Virus record (IMG/VR): IMGVR_UViG_3300031152_000005
Location: 1-35,768 of that record
Length of the DNA stretch: 35,768 bases
From: a virus
Lineage: Duplodnaviria; Caudoviricetes
Direction: 5' to 3' (one strand)
The position numbers and the translations under genes were made by a program. Positions 34,850 to 35,768 of the stretch are shown one piece after another; positions within the stretch are counted from its first letter, which is position 1; the number at the start of each line of letters is the position of its first letter. The notes beneath the pieces were generated by a model that saw only the letters and a list, made by a program, of their open reading frames with translations, was not told where the DNA came from and did not search any database.

Positions 34850-35768
34850 TGGCTCACCTCGTGGTCCATGAAAGTGGACCATACCGTATCGACGAACGCA
34901 GTGCGCAACGCGGGCGGGGGCTCGTCGAAGAACTCGCCTTCCAGATCCGCTGACAACAAGTGGCCGAACAGCGAATTGCGCCAATCGTGGTCGTCTATCA
35001 ACTGAACGGCTATCGCTTCGTACTCCTCGACAGAGTGTGTGATTAACGAATGCGGCAGACCCGCCCGGCGAATCATCATGGCGTCGTACCGCTCGTGCTG
35101 GTCTTCCCCTTCCAAAGTCACCAACGGCATGCCCAGGAGTAGACTGTCGATGTTGCTGTTAGTGCCGCCGAACGGAAAGGTGGCCAGCTGAACGTGGCAC
35201 TTGTTCAAGTGCCCCATGTACGTCTTGTAGTCCGTTCGTTCGTAGATGGAGGCGTTGTCCAGCCACTCGCCGATTTCCTTCGAAGCCTGGTGCAACAGCA
35301 GGCCTGTCATGTTGACGAAGAAGTGGAGGTGCACTTTGGTCTTGCAGCGCCCCACGATGCTCTTCAGCGACGCCATAAAGGGGGCGTTCAGCTTACACAG
35401 CATGGCGGGGACCGCCACGTGCACCACCCCGTCAACTGGATCGCTCGTGGTCTTGAGTTGCGGCAACGAACCTTCTGCGTCCGCCCGCATGACGAAGCGG
35501 GCGGCCCCCACCGGGTAGGTGACGATATGCTCAGTATACAAGGACGTATTGCTGACTGCCCCTTCTTCGCACAGAACGTAGTCGATAGCCGGCGATTGGC
35601 TGCTGGCAGGGTGTCCAAGCGACATGAACTGAACCGGCGCGAGTCGCAAAGAGGCGGTAGCCACCCACCACAGCGCCATACCAATCGACGGGTACCAAAT
35701 GGCGGCCGGCGCTATCTCGTTGATCTGAATCACGACGTCCTTGAGTACGACGTGCTGAGCTTTGACCT
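34846..35768 (-). CDS. HMW1C-like N-glycosyltransferase (GT41), 5'-truncated by window edge
   Basis: YPSIGM, RLAPVQ...LGHPASS.S..IDYV, KLN..F, FPFGGTNSNID...G.P, HER.D.....GLP motifs of HMW1C/NGT; frame stays open to the window end (VKAQHVVLKDVVIQ...). Confidence 0.85.
   Translation of the reverse strand, partial: VKAQHVVLKDVVIQINEIAPAAIWYPSIGMALWWVATASLRLAPVQFMSLGHPASSQSPAIDYVLCEEGAVSNTSLYTEHIVTYPVGAARFVMRADAEGSLPQLKTTSDPVDGVVHVAVPAMLCKLNAPFMASLKSIVGRCKTKVHLHFFVNMTGLLLHQASKEIGEWLDNASIYERTDYKTYMGHLNKCHVQLATFPFGGTNSNIDSLLLGMPLVTLEGEDQHERYDAMMIRRAGLPHSLITHSVEEYEAIAVQLIDDHDWRNSLFGHLLSADLEGEFFDEPPPALRTAFVDTVWSTFMDHEVSQ

Larger units (their letters stand above)
1..35768. mobile_element. Tailed dsDNA phage/prophage genome fragment (siphovirus-like)
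   Basis: Contiguous terminase-portal-protease-capsid-neck-tail tube-chaperone-tape measure-tail tip-holin order, plus primase-helicase and spanins; no host housekeeping context or integrase in the window. Confidence 0.97.

Overview
The whole window is a fragment of a tailed dsDNA phage or prophage (siphovirus-type gene order, GC-rich). The GH108 endolysin, Rz/Rz1 spanins and DUF2460/DUF2163/NlpC tail tip point to a Gram-negative proteobacterial host. Layout: (1) 12-4841, minus strand: small hypothetical genes and a TOPRIM/SF3-type primase-helicase. (2) 4842-5925: an AT-richer non-coding control region with a structured leader, repeated GAAAAAGGGGAACTAA/GTTCCCC boxes and a palindromic late-gene motif. 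(3) 5938-31751, plus strand: the late operon (terS, endolysin, terL, portal, fibre/decoration cluster, MuF, ParB-like+pyrophosphatase fusion, protease-scaffold, capsid, neck, tail tube, frameshifted chaperone, tape measure, tail tip, holin). (4) 31715-35768, minus strand: a translationally coupled operon of HMW1C-like N-glycosyltransferase (cut by the window edge), unknown ORF, acyl carrier protein, FabH-like KAS III, FabG-like SDR, small membrane protein and nested Rz/Rz1. The best candidate for an undescribed system is this phage-encoded glycosylation/acylation module, read together with the N-X-S/T sequons on surface-exposed virion proteins (hypothesis: virion N-glycosylation, possibly with an acylated sugar). 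All family assignments come from motif recognition by eye; no database search was run. No integrase, tRNA, rRNA or CRISPR array was seen.
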